This document shows positions 5,613-6,448 of a stretch of DNA of 6,448 nucleotides, one piece after another. Below the pieces are notes generated by a model. It had not been told where the DNA came from, did no database searches, and saw only the letters and a list, made by a program, of their open reading frames with translations. The DNA lies in NCBI GenBank assembly GCA_037147375.1, contig JBAWVI010000054.1, positions 1-6,448 on the forward strand. Reading direction: 5' to 3'. The translations under genes and the position numbers were made by a program. Source of the DNA: an archaeon (GTDB taxonomy: Archaea > Iainarchaeota > Iainarchaeia > Iainarchaeales > CSSED10-239). Position 1 is the stretch's first letter; every line of letters starts with the position of its first letter.

Positions 5613-6353
5613 ATGAGTTTAATTTACTTACCAATAATTATTTTAACAATCCTAGTCTTAGGTTATATTTCATATCAAGATATTAAATTTAGAGAAATAA
5701 ATATTGTTCATTTAATGTGGCTTGCAATATTATCTGTTATTTATTTAGGTATTTTTGTATTCAAGCTAGATTGGAATTTATGGAAGGATTATTTAATTCA
5801 ACTTGGAATTGTATTTGCTTTTATTTTTATAATTTATATGTTTGGGAGATTAACTAAACTTGCATATATTGGAGAAGGGGATCTTTACACTATTCTAGCA
5901 CTAGCTTTTACAAGTATCTATTCCTCTTTATTTATAATTTTCGTTTTCTTGTTTGCTTTATTATTTATGCTTGGAACTCCAATCTTATTATTTTTCTATA
6001 ATTTGTTTAAAGGTAATCATCCTAACTATTCTTTATCTAAATCAATTATTTTAATGTTTCTTGGAATTCCAAAAAGGATTTCAAATTTAAATGAATTTAA
6101 TACACCTCTTGAAAAAATAAGTTATAGAGATAATAAGGTTGTAAGAACAACACAACTTAGTCCAAACTTTGATCCATTATCTGAAATTAATAAACTTAAA
6201 GTATTTTCAAAGGCGCATGATATAAAATATATATGGGTATCTCCTTTACTTCCTTTTATTTTACTTATCTTACTTTCTTATATTTTTGTAGTAATTGTTC
6301 TATTTATTATTAAATTTCCAATTATATTTCAATTTTTTTCTATGTTCTTATAA
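5613..6353 (+). CDS. Peptidase A24 family membrane aspartic protease (archaeal prepilin / pre-archaellin peptidase, FlaK/PibD-like), 246 aa
   Basis: The protein is polytopic and hydrophobic. The first catalytic Asp lies in the context SYQDIKFREI (D23, GAT at 5679-5681). The second lies in the GxGD motif YIGEGDLY (GGA GAA GGG GAT at 5871-5882, verified). A hydrophilic segment of about 60-70 aa (roughly residues 133-200) followed by WVSPLLPF resembles the soluble insertion and C-terminal region of FlaK-type enzymes. A GTGAT motif lies 5 nt upstream of the ATG. Confidence 0.8.
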   Translation: MSLIYLPIIILTILVLGYISYQDIKFREINIVHLMWLAILSVIYLGIFVFKLDWNLWKDYLIQLGIVFAFIFIIYMFGRLTKLAYIGEGDLYTILALAFTSIYSSLFIIFVFLFALLFMLGTPILLFFYNLFKGNHPNYSLSKSIILMFLGIPKRISNLNEFNTPLEKISYRDNKVVRTTQLSPNFDPLSEINKLKVFSKAHDIKYIWVSPLLPFILLILLSYIFVVIVLFIIKFPIIFQFFSMFL

Positions 6354-6377
6354 GTTGTAAAACTAAGATATATTTTT
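6333..6377 (+). terminator. Candidate archaeal oligo-T termination signals at the end of the plus-strand cluster
   Basis: A T7 tract at 6333-6339 sits just inside the 3' end of the peptidase CDS. A T5 tract at 6373-6377 sits about 20 nt after the stop. Archaeal RNA polymerase commonly terminates at oligo-T runs. In DNA this AT-rich such runs are frequent, hence the low confidence. Confidence 0.25.
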
Positions 6378-6448
6378 AAATATACTTATCTGCTATACAT
6401 ATAGTATATAACTATAAGTTTGTAGTTATTTATGAAAAGTTATTTATG

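Noticed and set aside
6400-6416. Small hairpin TATAGT-ATATA-ACTATA downstream of the peptidase gene
   Set aside because: It is a 6-bp all-A/T stem, thermodynamically weak and expected by chance in this composition. Archaeal terminators do not require hairpins.
6432-6448. Possible start of a further plus-strand gene (ATG AAA AGT TAT TTA ...) at the right edge, preceded by TATA-like strings (tttttaaatata at 6373-6384, tatagtatataac at 6400-6412)
   Set aside because: Only five codons are visible, there is no clear SD-like motif, and TATA-like strings are everywhere in this composition. This is too little evidence to call a CDS or promoter, but it is worth checking with flanking sequence.
1-6448. 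Search for CRISPR repeats, tRNA/rRNA genes, transposase or integrase genes, terminal inverted repeats and toxin-antitoxin-sized gene pairs
   Set aside because: I found no regularly spaced direct repeats, no GC-rich structured segments in the AT-rich background, and no ORFs with recombinase, transposase or defence-type motifs. The only non-coding gaps are 2685-2892 and 6354-6448.

Overview
The window is visibly AT-rich (about 70% A+T by eye, not computed) and densely coding. It looks like chromosomal DNA from a low-GC archaeon, since it combines an NMD3 homologue, a KH-less CPSF-type beta-CASP RNase, an ADP-forming acetyl-CoA synthetase beta-type ATP-grasp protein and a FlaK/PibD-type A24 peptidase. 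The genes form two divergent, tightly packed clusters around a 208-bp AT-rich intergenic region (2685-2892). The minus-strand cluster is beta-CASP RNase (2684-1353), then NMD3-family protein (1331-546), then an unlisted ORF that starts at 542 and runs off the left edge. The plus-strand cluster is the ATP-grasp protein (2893-3519), a DHH/DHHA1 phosphoesterase (3516-4655, ATGA start/stop overlap), a PHP-domain protein (4658-5590) and the A24 aspartic peptidase (5613-6353). TAA, TAG and TGA are all used as stops, so the code is standard. Five of the seven starts have a clear purine-rich or GTGA-type Shine-Dalgarno-like motif 5-9 nt upstream; the ATP-grasp and DHH starts have only a weak partial match. 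I see no rRNA, tRNA, CRISPR array, transposase, integrase or recognisable defence-system hallmark. The content is mostly housekeeping-like. The best candidates for something undescribed are the translationally coupled ATP-grasp / DHH / PHP trio, whose PHP member appears to have lost several canonical metal ligands, and the family-less ORF at the left edge. All homology statements come from motif recognition by eye, not from searches.
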